The notes under the pieces are model-generated. The model was not told where the DNA came from, made no database searches, and worked only from the letters and a program-made list of their open reading frames with translations. The position numbers and the translations under genes were made by a program. DNA of 64,000 bases, from the NCBI RefSeq assembly GCF_963676685.1, contig NC_092352.1:78058001-78122000 (forward strand), in the 5' to 3' direction. Shown here in pieces: positions 39,425 to 52,511 of the stretch (the stretch's first letter is position 1; each line of letters starts with the position of its first letter). Origin of the DNA: Mytilus edulis. Its lineage: Eukaryota.

Positions 39425-40789
39425 TTAAAGACCAAACAGCCTATTCATTTCTATCAGTGATTTTTCCTTAAAATTTTGTGTGAAGGTGTTGCATGATTTG
39501 AGGAACAAAATTTGATGAAAAAAATTGGGGGTCACCGACTTAGTTTTGTCACTATAGCAACCTCAGTTTCGTGTTTTCCTGAATATTAACATAATATTTG
39601 CTTGTTATCTAAACTCTCAAAAAAATGCTTTATATCAAACCTACAAGCATAATTCTTGTTTCACGTTAAACAGTAGATTTGTATCTTTCAAATACAGGTT
39701 CAAGAGTTTAAGGCTCATATTGATTTGATCTTTAAAAATATGATTTATTTCATTCCCGCCAAAAATTAAACGTAAAACTGAAAAACGTTTCCAGTATTAA
39801 AAAATATCTACCAGTGATTTCTTCATAAAAATTTAAAGAAGGAAAGTTAAATATGTACTCTTCAAAATAAAGCAAAAAAAAGTGTATGTCACCGACCTTT
39901 CAAAAAAGTTATGAGTAATTTTCATGTTTTTTTCTCGTTCGTTTTGAAGAAAAGAGTTGTCTTTCTTCAGATCATTGCATCTGACGTCATAGTACAAACT
40001 TTCCTTGCTGGCGCACTATTTGAAAAAACAAATCGCAAATTGGACGTTTGAAACCCACATTTAAATTTCCAAGAATAACAACTATATTCACCTACTTTAT
40101 TATCCGGTAATACTAGAGATTAAGCATGTATCAGTTTCAGATCTTTATGATGTTGTTGCCGCACAATGTAAACCTTCAGAAACACCATCCGCCGGAATGG
40201 AAAATTGTTTGAAATAACCTTTCACGCCGCTTTTGTATTGAAAGTCTGTTTTTGTCCTCTGTCCCACATAAGCAAAATTATTGAAATAAAAATAGAAATG
40301 AAAGATGGCACTTGTTAAATTACAGAGTATTTGAATATACCAGACTAGATGTGCTTGTTTCTTTTTCGCGTCAATTTCAGAAGTTTGCCGTAACGAACTC
40401 ATTCGGTACTGTTGAAAGACGGACATACAAAAGCATGGACGGAGTTCTTTATACCATTATTTTTCCCGACTAAGACGAACGTTTAGAAATTATTGCATCG
40501 AGTGAATATTTAAGATATAAGGAAATTAAAATTATAGGTATAATGAATGAAAGTTTTGATTCTAAAACGTTATACATCTATCTTAAAATACAATCCTTTT
40601 ATTACTACCTCATGTGTTTTCAATAAACAAGACAGTAATTATAAAATACAAAAAGTTTTGATTCAAAAATTAATTTAGAAATAATTTTCCGTTGAAAACT
40701 ACAAAGTAAGATTTCTCCAACAGGATAAAATATAATAAATCTAAATTGCTCATTTTGGAAATTAAAACAAAGAAAAGGTTGTTGCCGGC

Positions 40790-41394
40790 ATTGAAAATCG
40801 AAAGGACAAGGTTCACTAATGGCACAAAATGGCCTAAAATATCAACTTTGTCATAAAACACCATAAAGATCTCAATTTGGTTCGTAAATGGGTCTATTTC
40901 AAAAGTATTAAGGCTAAATGTATCAGTTCTTTTCATAAGACTACAAGATATTCGCCAAAGTAAGCCCATTTTGGACATTTTGTCAAAATATGACGATTTT
41001 GTGCATTTTTCAGACCTAAAAGCTTTTGAAACACCTTGGCCGCCATCTACGATCCAGAATGTGTTGTAACCAAAAGATTCCAATTTTGATATAGATTTCA
41101 TAAATATAAAAACTTTTTGGATCGTAGATGGAGGCCAAGGTTAATTATGCCAAAAACAATTAAAATTATGGACAAAAAGTACCAAAATTTACCTTTTAAT
41201 ACAAATTATGCTCATTTAAGGGATCATTGCTCCATAAATGGTACAGGCAAGTGCAAGAAAAAATAATTTTGTCTTAGAAGTATTATCACAAGTATGTCTA
41301 TGTGAAATTTGTTATTTTTTGGACCAATTTAAAAAACATAAAAAAAATCAGGGCCAATTTTAACCCTTCGTGGACCTTCTCCTTTGTTTTCAAT
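40790..41394. mobile_element. Older TIR element C nested in element B, related in design to element A
   Basis: Imperfect TIR aaaggacaaggttcactaatgg / ccttcgtggaccttctccttt. Internal inverted repeat ccttggcgccatctacgatcca (~41034-41056) / tggatcgtagatggaggccaagg (~41118-41140). Confidence 0.6.
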
Positions 41395-41569
41395 CTTTCC
41401 GGTCACAGTTGTAGCTAAATGAAAGGGAGCGATTTCATGTAAGATATTATTCTTGGAGCAATTGTTTTTGTCATGAGTTAAATTTACAACAATTTAGTTT
41501 TAAAAACCGAAAATTTTGATTTTAATTCACATTCGCTGAGTATTAGTTTTATTAATATTTTTTGCCTTA

Positions 41570-41805
41570 CAGCTAATTTCCTAATGCATGTAGGGTAAAA
41601 CTTTGGTTGGCTTCCTTGCTTTGTTTGTATAAATGTTTACTCAAGCTCTGTTATTAAGATAGACATCTTTATATATAGGTATGTAAACCTGTATAAATGC
41701 TATTTAATTGAATTGGACGTTATCAAAATATAATTATACAAAATATACAAACAAAGCAAGCAGGCAAACCAAAGTGTTGATCTACATACAGTAGGAAATT
41801 AGCTG
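41570..41805. mobile_element. TA-flanked MITE (Tc1/mariner-like) with long imperfect TIRs
   Basis: ta|cagctaatttcctaatgcatgtag...tacatacagtaggaaattagctg|ta, with ~65 bp of terminal complementarity. A second copy lies at 62617-62854. Confidence 0.75.
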
Positions 41806-42094
41806 TAAGCTTCAGTGAGATTAGACAATATGTTTATCATTTCTCCTTAAGACAATTTGAAATGAAACAAACGACAAACAAAAATGACTGTTTGTCATCA
41901 TTTTATTTTTACTATAAGATTTTGTCAAATAAGCAGTATAAATAAATTAACTTCATTGCAAGATCGGACATTATTTTACGAGAATCATCCAGACATCAGT
42001 TACATGCACATGTTGCCAGTATGTCAAAACTTTTAGGAATAATTGATTATCGGCCTAACCTTGTGAATACTCAATTTTTTTATTTTTTTAAAAT

Positions 42095-42290
42095 TGACAC
42101 TAAAATGAGAAGGATCATTGCATAAGGAACATGTTTACTAAGTTTTAAGTTGATAGGACTTCAACTTCGTCAAAAACTACCTTGACCAAAAACCGTAACC
42201 AAAAACTTTAACCTGAAGCGGGACAGACGGATGAACTAACGGACGCACAGACCAGAAAACATAATGCCCATAAATCGGGCATAAAAAAAA
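42095..42290 (+). mobile_element. 3' end of Helentron-associated non-autonomous element (HINE/DINE-1-like)
   Basis: Decayed GACA/GACG microsatellite (gggacagacggatgaactaacggacgcacagac), then a short palindrome atgccc...gggcat (42264-42282) and an A-tract, the typical HINE terminal layout. Confidence 0.55.
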
Positions 42291-42315
42291 CATTCACCTA
42301 AACTGTACACAATCG

Positions 42316-42445
42316 GCGCAAACGAAAGACAAAATCTACGCAAGTGAAGAAGAAAAAAAATGAAATGCAGATAGCGCAAATATAAGACAAAATCTACGCA
42401 TGTGAAAGAATAAAAAAAAATGAAATGCAGAACGGCGCAAATGCA
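42316..42445 (+). repeat. Two ~60-bp tandem units
   Basis: gcgcaaa...aagacaaaatctacgca.gtgaa...aaaaaaaatgaaatgcaga occurs twice, followed by a partial third unit. Confidence 0.7.
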
Positions 42446-44260
42446 AAAAGTCGAGATCAAAATTGATATTTTATTATTTTTATTAGAACGAAGGTTAAAT
42501 ATAGCGTAGTATCTTATGTGTCCATTTGTGTTAAATTTCCACAGGATATTAAAGTAGCGTGACGCATAACAGTTCCTCTTTTCTTTGGAGACGTAGCGTA
42601 CACCATGATGGAATCCGAGAAAAACGCGAAATAGGACGTTATAATTTGACGTTTTTTCATTGCTAGAAACAACGTCATAGAGCTTTTATGTCACTACCAA
42701 GTTGCGTTAGCTGATGCGCATAAACAATAGGCTGTTTGGTCTTTAATATCTATCTAAATCAACAGAATAATACATAACTTGTAAACGTTTGAAACTTTTA
42801 CTGAAGATTTGCTTCGCAGCGACATTCCGATGCTTGATCGTAAGCGAATTATCAGCCTTTTTTCTGTGGTTACATTTCATTTTTCATAGTTATATTTTAT
42901 AACATTGTATAAATCCAGAATAATCAACGGATGATTCTATTTCAATTATTCAACCCATTATTTTTCTTCCAAATGTCTTTTGCAGATTAAGATACTGGTA
43001 AATGGACGTTCGAGAAGATTTATTTGACATTTAATGGATGCATACGATTATCTTATTAACTGTTTGGTTAATTTTTTTCCTGTATATTTTGTTCTATTTT
43101 CATTTTTGTAAAGTATACATGGACTGTCCAATATTTTGACTTTATTGTTGCAATCTGACCATTCGTTGATTTTCTAAAGATATTTAAAAATGTTAAAAAA
43201 AACATGGCTGCGTTTCTCCTTTTTTAAAGTTGCATGTACTTGTAACAAAAAATATTATGTCATGTTCGAGTACCAACAATGATTAAAGTTGCTATTAAAA
43301 TTATCTAGAAGAGTATTTGAGCTCAGAAGGTCAGTCACTGGCGGAGATAAAAACTCTAAGATTGTGAATGGTTGTTGAATCTCAAATATCGTTTTTCCTA
43401 TGTCTGAAGAATCATTTGATTAGCTATTACCGCGTTGAAACTATTACCCATACTCCCTTTTAAAACCACAGGTAGATTATTAAATAACTAAATGAGTCTT
43501 TTTGACATTATATTGGGGTATATAAGCGTTGACTGAAGCACAAACATATTGTTTATTCAAAGCGTGGAAGATTTTTAAACTGAAAATATTCGCATTTTCA
43601 ACAGCTAGTAAACCTTTAAAATAACAACATTTATATGCTACATCCATAAAATATCAAATTCAATCACGACTTTCAATTGTTTTTCCATACCTCGTTTTAA
43701 TGTTGTCACGAAAAGGACACGCAGACAAATATATGTTGCATTTTAGAATATCTCGGTTAATGAGAATTTCTGAAATGCTTTAAACCTAATTGTATCATGT
43801 GTATATATAATTATTAGTCTGTACTATGTAATTATACCAAGTACCATAACATTTTGCCTACTATCCTATACTTTGTAGTGTTAAAGTCATGCATATTTGT
43901 CCGATATCTTATCTATTTACTCAATAATCGCTTCCGAATTTCTCATTTTAAAATTTTACGCTTTTATCATTCAAACATTAGGTGCAACGGCAGATATTCA
44001 CATGACTAAACACTAAGTCCACGATAACGAGTAATGTTGAAATAATTATTGGAAACACGACATGGAACCCTTTAAAGTCTATTTCCGTGTATATTTTAAC
44101 AGCATCGCGGGCTTTGGTTTTAATATACAATGTTTATCATGTGTTTTATCAATCATGGTCATGCATGGTGCTTAGCTGTTTAGTTCCGAGTAGGTTATGA
44201 GTTATGATTTAAGATCATAAAAAGCACTCTTTGAAATGGGTCATTTTTTGCTTTACAAAT

Positions 44261-44475
44261 AAACTGATCATAGATACCCGGATAAAATGTTATATTTACA
44301 CCAGATGCGAGTTTCGTCAACAAAAGACTCATCAGTGACGCTCGAATAAAACAAATGTGAAAAACGCCAAATAAGGTACGAAGTTGAAGAGCATTGCGGA
44401 CCAAAAATTAATAAAGTTTTGCCAAATACAGCTTAGGTTATCTATTCCTGAGGTAGAAAAGCCTTAGTAATTGAC
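44261..44475 (-). mobile_element. Hammerhead-bearing short retroelement, copy 5, with candidate 5-bp TSD
   Basis: Absent from the paralog at ~24015-24030 (gctttacaaacttgtg). Flanked by caaat (44256-60 and 44476-80). Degenerate hammerhead at 44298-44341 (CTGATGA...GAAAC tcgc ATC). Confidence 0.72.
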
Positions 44476-45469
44476 CAAATTTGTGTATTTAAGCATTGAT
44501 ATGCAACATTAAATTTCGAGAATATAGTCAATAAGACTGCGTAAACAATCAAATGTCCATATATACTTGATGATTTTCACCAACTGTCTCAAAAAACAAA
44601 TTCGGTATATATGTTCAAACATTACACACCCTAAAGCACTAAATATATGACTACAATTTCATGATACAAAATGTGTCAAAAGCTTAAATCTCATACAAGA
44701 TGAGAGCGGAACACCTGATCCTTCTATTATATTTCGCGAGGCAAGTGTATTGGAAGAAAATTATTGTAAAAAATATTGTTAATAGTACATGAAGAAGATG
44801 CTGTTAAATATATAGGCAACACTAAAATGTGTGCCTTAACTCCTAACGTGCTACAGGCAGTAAACCGTATCAACATTTATAATATTGATGTTGCATATGA
44901 AGACGGCGTGACGTGACATGCCATGAGTCGTCTAATTAGTCACGCCTCGATGACTTTAGATGTCAAACGTCATGTTGTTTATATTATTTTTATTTGATAA
45001 ATATATGTTATATGAAGAAATACTTAACATTTATCATTTAATTTGGGCATCCTGTTGGGTTAGAATTCATGTATTTTGGTGTTGCGCATTGGTTTGACCC
45101 ACTACCATGCCAGTTTCGCTTAAGGAGTACTTCGGTCATCTTTAATAAATCAAGAAATTGAAATTGATACTTTTAGTCGAAAGGGCATCAGTCATGCAGT
45201 TAAGGAACAAATTTAGCCAAAAATGTCATGGAGCTCCTTTTTGAGATATTTCAGTTTTACAAATTGTCGGGAAAAAGCTGACTCGGACATTTACCTTTAA
45301 TATGTATTTGTATTTTTTGGTCTCAAATCAAATGAACAAAAATTAAGAATCTGCTTAAATTTTGGAAAATGACCTTTTATGAGCTATTGAAGTATTAAAT
45401 GAATAGAAAAATGGATGTTATTTAGTGTTATGTGGATTGTTGCAAATAAATACTTTGGGAAAAATTGTC

Positions 45470-46540
45470 AAAAATGAAATGCAAATAATTCAAATGGCAA
45501 CACATATATAATGTATGTCCAAATTCCACATATATTTGAAAACATAAAAAGATTATTTGATTCGCAGCGACATTCCGGAGCTTGATCGTAAAACAAATTA
45601 TTTGTCCTTTCTTTCTGTGGTTACTGTACATTTTTCTTTGTAATAACATTATATAAATACAGATGAATTAACGGATGATACTATTTCAATCATTCATCCG
45701 ATTATTTTTCTTCCGAATGTCTTTTGCAGATTAAGATACTAGTAAATGGACATTCGTGAGGATTCATTTGACTTTAAATGGATGAATACAATTTTTATCT
45801 TATAAACTGATAGGTTATTTATTTTTTCTGTATATGGTACCTATGATTTGTCCTTATTTCATTTTTGTCGAATATACATGCCGTCTACTACTATTACTCG
45901 TTGTTGCAATCCGACTATTCGGCTATTTGCTTAAGATATTTTAAATTCTTAAAAAATATAATTTTTTTCCATTTTAAAATTGCTTTCTTCTTGCAATTTA
46001 TTTGATCAGTTTTATTTCATGTACCAGTGTTAACATTGACTAAAGTTGCACAAAATATTTTAAAAATATCAAAACGTTGAAAAAAGATTCTGAAGAAGGT
46101 CATTTATTGGCGGCAATGAAAATCTCTACGACCATGTACAATTGTTGAATCTCATAAAGCATTTAAATTAAACTATAGCTGAGGCATGCATATTAAGCTA
46201 TTTTCGCGTAGAACCTGTCAAACAATCGCATACCAGTCGATCACAACATGAAAAGATTACTTAATATAACTAAATGCTTCTTTTGGTATTTATATTTGGG
46301 TGTACAATGGTTGACCACAGCATAAAAAATTGTTATGTTCAAAGCGTGAAGGATTATTATACTGATAATATTCACACGTTTAACACCTAGCAACCCTTTA
46401 AAATAAAATATAAAAAAACTTGTAGGTATATTCATAATTATGCGACATCCATAAAATATAGAGTTCAATCATGACTATACTTGTTTTACCATGTCTCGTT
46501 TTAATTTTATATCATAGCTGTTGCATTTTAGAATATCTCG
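45470..46540 (+). repeat. Third, more diverged copy of the 22460-23520 segment
   Basis: gcagcgacattccggagcttgatcg, gtaaatggacattcgtgaggattcatttgac, tcaaagcgtgaaggatt and gttgcattttagaatatctcg occur in the same order as in 22580-23520 and 42810-43755. Confidence 0.8.
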
Positions 46541-49500
46541 CATTGCAATATTACACGGACAACTTAGGATTGAGCTCGACGCATCCCACCAAATCTGCCG
46601 ATAACTTCCTTTGTAACGAAAGGTTTATTTTGACTATGGACTCAACATGAACCTGAAATACTAAATGTTTCAACAACATAAATGGACATGTTCGATTTAT
46701 GGCTTGATTGAATAATCAAATAAAAAAGGGAAAAAAATAAATTCAGACAATAAAAACGTTTTTCTTAGACGAGAATATCCATCTTGCATAGACGTTTATT
46801 ACCTTATAAAGGAATAAAAAATTCGCTTTCTGACAATAAGCCATATTTGTCTCGGATTTTATGTAAACAGTAATCCGTGAGAAATACAACACATTGGCAG
46901 TTAACTTTCCATTTAACATGATTTTTATAACAAATGATTAATTACTGCTAGACCAAATTTTATTTTATCTATTCAGAAGATGGGGCTGTCACTGGCTCTT
47001 AAGATTGTCTGGATAATGAAATCAATTACCCCATCTAGAAATAGTAACATTTAAGAGCCAGTCTATAAAAAGAACATTAGGTAATATATGGTAGAACAAC
47101 CTACAAGTAATTGATTTACATTACGTATGACCATAGTAAAGCAACTGAAACAATCCTTCTTTCAAACAAGACAAGCGATATATTTATATTTTATAGATAT
47201 ATTTTATGGAGAGCTCCAGTGATGACAAAATATACGCAGAGTAAAACGCTTCATGCGAAGAAGGTTTTCTTTCTTCATTTACTTACAGATTTCTCTATAA
47301 ACTTTCCTGAAATATTTGAGACTGAATGTAAAGCAACCAATCATCAAACAATCAATCTTCTCCCTTATTACATGTACCTACACATTTGTTATGTTAGTGA
47401 ACAATATCAATTCATTTCAAGATTTTTAATTAAAAAAAAAAAAAAAAAAACAGAAATTAAAAAAAAACAGCGTCGTAATCAAAACTTTTGCTTCTAGATT
47501 CTTTGTGTGAATACAAAGGTACATTGTAAATAAACTGTTAATTGTTGGGGTTCGTGTTGTTTATTCTTTATTTTTCTATGTTGTGTCGTGTGTGCTCTTG
47601 TTTGTTTGTCCTTTTCATTTTTAGCCATGGCGTTGTCAGTTTGTTTTAGATTTATGAGTTTGACTGTCCCTTTGGTATCTTTCTTCCCTTTTTAATTGGT
47701 TCACCAAATGTACCTTTCTCTGAAAATCAATCAAGAAAAATATTTAAGGCAATATATGTATTAAGAAGTACAAAATGAAACAGGATTTGTACTACCAGTA
47801 AGCTATGCACATGCATTTTAGTTAGAAAATTTCCCCAAAGGTCAATCATTTAAAAGTATCAAACTCAAATAGCTTGTCAATTTTACTATATTTCTAAAAC
47901 ATAAAAATGTATAAGAACGCCAAATTACTGTTCAATCAAAGTTGCAAAAATAAAACATGCGGGTTAAAATTTTCCATTTTAAAGTGAATAATATATTTAA
48001 CATGGCGTGTGTCAGTACTTTGATTTCATTAACATGGCATTTCAAATTAGTTACTATCAATAGATAAAAGTACATTTTCTATACAAGTGATGGATGTCTG
48101 TAGAACATGTTCAATTATACCAAAATGTAATTACAGTTAAACCCACCCAAACTATCAAGTCTAAGCTTTGTCCGTTTTGAAACACATTGACATTAATGGA
48201 TGCTATCTGAAAATATTTTTTTCCGTTTTGAAGCCGATATATTTTCTCGCGTGTTTGATTTAAGTTTAACTTTTGTCTTCTTCGATCAATGCCTTTAAAT
48301 TACACGTCCCCGTCCTACTAATAATAAGAATTATCCATCAGATCAGAACAATTCATCTTTTTTAACTATGATAAGTGATAGAATATACTTCTTTTAAACA
48401 ATATATGGTCTGCTATGAGACAGATTGGGTCCAGAAATGAGCACGTGTTAGGTTAACGTACTGACAGAAGATAGGTAGGGTAGGAAGGATTTTGTTTAAA
48501 AGCTATATTAGAGAGCAACTGCTTTTCAAGGCAAGTCAATTTTAAAAACAGCAAGGGTAGTAGCCCTGAGGAGGATTGGGTTACCTTAAACTGATCATTA
48601 TTTGTTATGTCTTGTTGCTAGAACTTCTACATGCCAGTCAAACATAACAATAAAACAAATAATGAGTGCATGGTGATATGGTTGAAACCATTTTCCAATG
48701 TAAAGGGACAAAATATACGGGTTGCCACAAGCCCTTCAACAATGATCAAGACACAAAGCATATTGGAAGCTATAATAAAAGGTTACTCGCTAATCAATAG
48801 AACTTATAATATCCACGGAAACCGGATATGCTTACTACATGTACATTCGTACTTGGTATTTAACAAAATGTTAAAAAGAACCAAATAACATACTTTTATA
48901 AGAGTACTATTATACTTCTGAAAGAGTTTATGCATGCAATTCTAACATTACAAGTTCATGTGCAATATAATTCCTTCGATATCTTCTTGAACTTGAATAT
49001 GACATGCAAAGCAGTGATATACCTAATGCAAATCGTGACAAATAACAGAAAAAAATCACTTAAAAACGTAATCTGTTTCGATCATCGAATACACTTCTAA
49101 AGAAAGAAAGTACTACTAAATCCACAGCCAATCGAATAAAGCATTAACTTATCTTGATAAAAACATTATTTCACGTTAATGTACTTTACTTATGCATCAG
49201 TGTACATAATCATGAGACATGTATTTCGCCCTTTAGACTAACTTTTTTTTTATGTTACAAGAAGTAGTTTATTTTAACTTTCATCTTTATTATATCATAC
49301 TTATTCTTTTTCGAAATTAATCAAATTTGTTACTTGTGCCACGGGCTTCTAATTTAAAACATTTGTCTACTTAATGCCCAATGGCAAATATTCCATGCAT
49401 TGTCAAGACGCGAAAATATTTTTTTTAATAAATCAATGCATGAAACTGTAAAATGAGACGACTGGGAGTAGATATCCCCGATATTCTTTGAATTACATGT

Positions 49501-52139
49501 GTACGTGTTTTTGTATTGCCCTAGCTATGTTATTTTGTTATACATTAGGTCGTTATACTTTTCTAGTAAATAGTTTCATATTTTGTAAGTCGGGGCCTCT
49601 TATAGCCAACGATACGGTATAAGTTTTTATCATTAGTGAAAGCCATACGAATGCCTATCACTGCTGTGACTTTGGTGGTGAGTTGTCTCATTTGGCACTC
49701 ATACCACATCTTCTTATATTTATTTACGTTCATTTCATTAAAAATTCGGTGGATAGTTGACTCATTGGCTAACATACCACATCTCTTTATTTTAAGAAGA
49801 TGGGATTCGCGTTAGTTTTCTTTATATATCGTTTTGAGAAGTGCTAGTGATTTGACATTCAGTAAAAATATGGAAGATAAATTAAATTTGTTAGAATGTA
49901 ATAGCAACACAGATTTTAATTATTCATTTCCACACCTATCTCAAAAAAAGAACATTTCATAACGACATTCAGGAGCTTGACCGTTATTTGTCTGTTTTTT
50001 TTTCTTTAATTTTTTATAGTTATATTTTTTATTAGCTGAATGAAGTTACTGTAATTACATTATATAAATCCAGAATAATCAACGGATGATACTCTTTCAA
50101 TCATTCAGTCCATTATTCTGTAGATTAATATACGGGTAAATGGACATTCGTGAAGAATCATTTGTCATTAAATGAATGAATACGATTTTTATCTTATTTA
50201 CTGTTAGGTTATTTATATATTCTGTATATCGAATATTTTGCTGCCCTTTTTTAAATAATCTACATGATTAAAAAATCGGTAAGGTGTCATGGTCTTTGCA
50301 AATAGTCTGAGCATCCCCAAATTATTTTTGGTAGCATCTTTAAATCCAATGTATGCAATTTTTTTAATACGTATATGGCCTTGCTCTTTGATCTCCTCAC
50401 TCCAATCCAAGTCAAACGGGGGTTTCTCGCCCTATGGGCATTACATCCAATTTTCTTATTAGAGACTGCTTATGACTGGAATACTTTGAAACGGAAATAT
50501 TTGCATCCGGGTGTCCGCGGGTCTTATTGGCATTTTCCATAATTATCATAAATCGAGATCGCTGTCTTCAAATAATACCATACAATTATATTGTACATTC
50601 CCATATGACCATTTGAATTTATAATTATTAACAAGAGAGGAATACAGGCGATATGATGTCACTCGACTATCATTCTGGGTTTTAATCATGATGAATAACG
50701 CGTATCGTCATGCAGTTTAAATATAACCAATTCATTATACCAATTTACTTAAATCAGACGTCTTCCAAGAAAGTTAAATTGAACTTATTTGACACTCCTG
50801 GACTATTAATTATATCTTCTAGCTATATATTTGCCTGATTTGTTTTTTCTGTTTCCATCATCACACATAATGAGCCACCTGCTTTGTTTCATCACAAACT
50901 TTAATTTGCCATATGTAACTGTCATGTTATTTACAGAAATACAGAGTTGTATAGAGTAATTTGTTTTCTTCTTTCTTTTCATCCTACGGCTTATCTTAAG
51001 CTTTTACTGTCTTAAATCAAACGTTTACCAAATGATATTATAGAATATCCGTTAGATATGCTAAGATCAGCACTTGCCCTTTTTATTTCTTAGAAATTCC
51101 ATTATTGTGTCTTATAATTGAGGCAACATATAAGATTACGCGATATTAATATTCTGAACTCATGTGTAGAAAATAGTTTAAAACTGCAAATGAACTCAAT
51201 GACCAAAAAATTTACTTAATTAGACATTTATTAATCTTACCCAATTCCATTTTCGTTCAGATTATATTTCTACATTCATGTTGAAAGGACGGAAGAGTAC
51301 AGGGAGACTATCTGGTTTAATATATGCTAAATCGTAGGTTGGTGTGTTTCATAAATGTTTCTTGTTTCTAATTTTTTATACAGTTTAGACTGTTTGGGTT
51401 CCTGTTTAAAAGTAGTTTAACAATATTCCTTTTTGGGGTCCTTTATAGCTTTTTATACTTTTTAGTCAGTTTGACTTGAATGAGAATTGTCCCATCGGCA
51501 CTCATTCCTCATCTTCTTATTTCTATAAAATATTCATTGTATATAAAATACAAACCGTATAAAAAAAGTTACATGATTATGGGGTAGTGCTAAATTGCTT
51601 TAAAAGTGTCGTGCGTTGTCAGCAAATATTTGAAAATGTTATCTTTTGACTTCGCGAGAGTTTGTTAGTGTTTAGTCAAAAAGAGACTATTCGGTTGATA
51701 TTGTAAATTCGCAAAACCTAGTATACTTTTATCTAAGAGGCGGGAGAGAGATATTTAAGCTCGTTAGTCAAAAACTGACAATTTCCAGCCAAAAATAAAT
51801 AGTAAAAAGACAAACAACAATTATAATACACAACAAAGACATCTGAAGACTGAGAATGAGAAGCAGAAGTTTATAAGATTAAGATATTGTTGGCTCAATA
51901 ATTTATGTTTCAAAATATTTGAAATAAAGGAATATATCCCCTTCATACAATAATTTTGAGTTTCATCCCCTCTTCAACATTTGTTTAAGATTTTTTATAT
52001 TCAAATATTCCAATATTTTGACTTCGAGCAACACGAGGTAGACGTTATTTGTCGACATGAATGCATGAACATTGATTATTATTACATATCACCGGGATGA
52101 TTTCAGGTGTTCAAAAAGGGAAGTTTTAAATAAACATGC

Positions 52140-52511
52140 TAAAATTGAGAATGGAAATGGGGAATGTGTCAAAGAGACAACAACCCAACCATATATAGAG
52201 CAGACAACAGCAGGTCACCAACAGGTCTTCAATGCGGCGAAAAAATACCGCACCTGGAGGCGTCCCTCAGCTGCCCCCTAAACAAATATATATACTAGTT
52301 TAGTGATAATGAACGCCATACTAAACTCCATATTGTACACAAGAAACTAAAATTAAAATTAATACAAGACTAACAAAGACCAGAGGCTCCTTACTTGGGA
52401 CAGGCGCAAAAATGCGGCGGGGTTAAACATGTTTATGATATTTCAACCCTACCCCCTATACCAATGCAGAACAGTAAACGCATTACAATACGCATATTAA
52501 AATTCAGTTCA
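52140..52511 (-). mobile_element. 3'-terminal ~370 bp of a PLE related to 36853-37961, with TSD
   Basis: Reverse complement aligns to ~37590-37961. Absent from the left arm at ~11540-11550. Flanked by direct repeat atgctaa (52136-42 and 52512-18). Confidence 0.8.

Larger units (their letters stand above)
39429..42742. mobile_element. 3.3-kb TTAA-flanked TIR element B (Kolobok-like, non-autonomous) with nested insertions
   Basis: Perfect 17-bp TIR agaccaaacagcctatt / aataggctgtttggtct with TTAA on both sides (39425-28, 42743-46). Purine-purine start plus TTAA TSD is the Kolobok pattern. Absent from the paralog. Confidence 0.8.
36594..45120 (+). repeat. Second copy of diverged direct segmental duplication, interrupted by transposon insertions
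   Basis: See 16366-24665. For example 43330-44220 aligns with 23100-23985, and 44480-45120 with 24020-24665. Confidence 0.85.

Noticed and set aside
40670-41101. 143-aa ORF as a possible transposase
   Set aside because: It lies mostly within MITE-like element C, crosses its boundary, and shows no catalytic motif.
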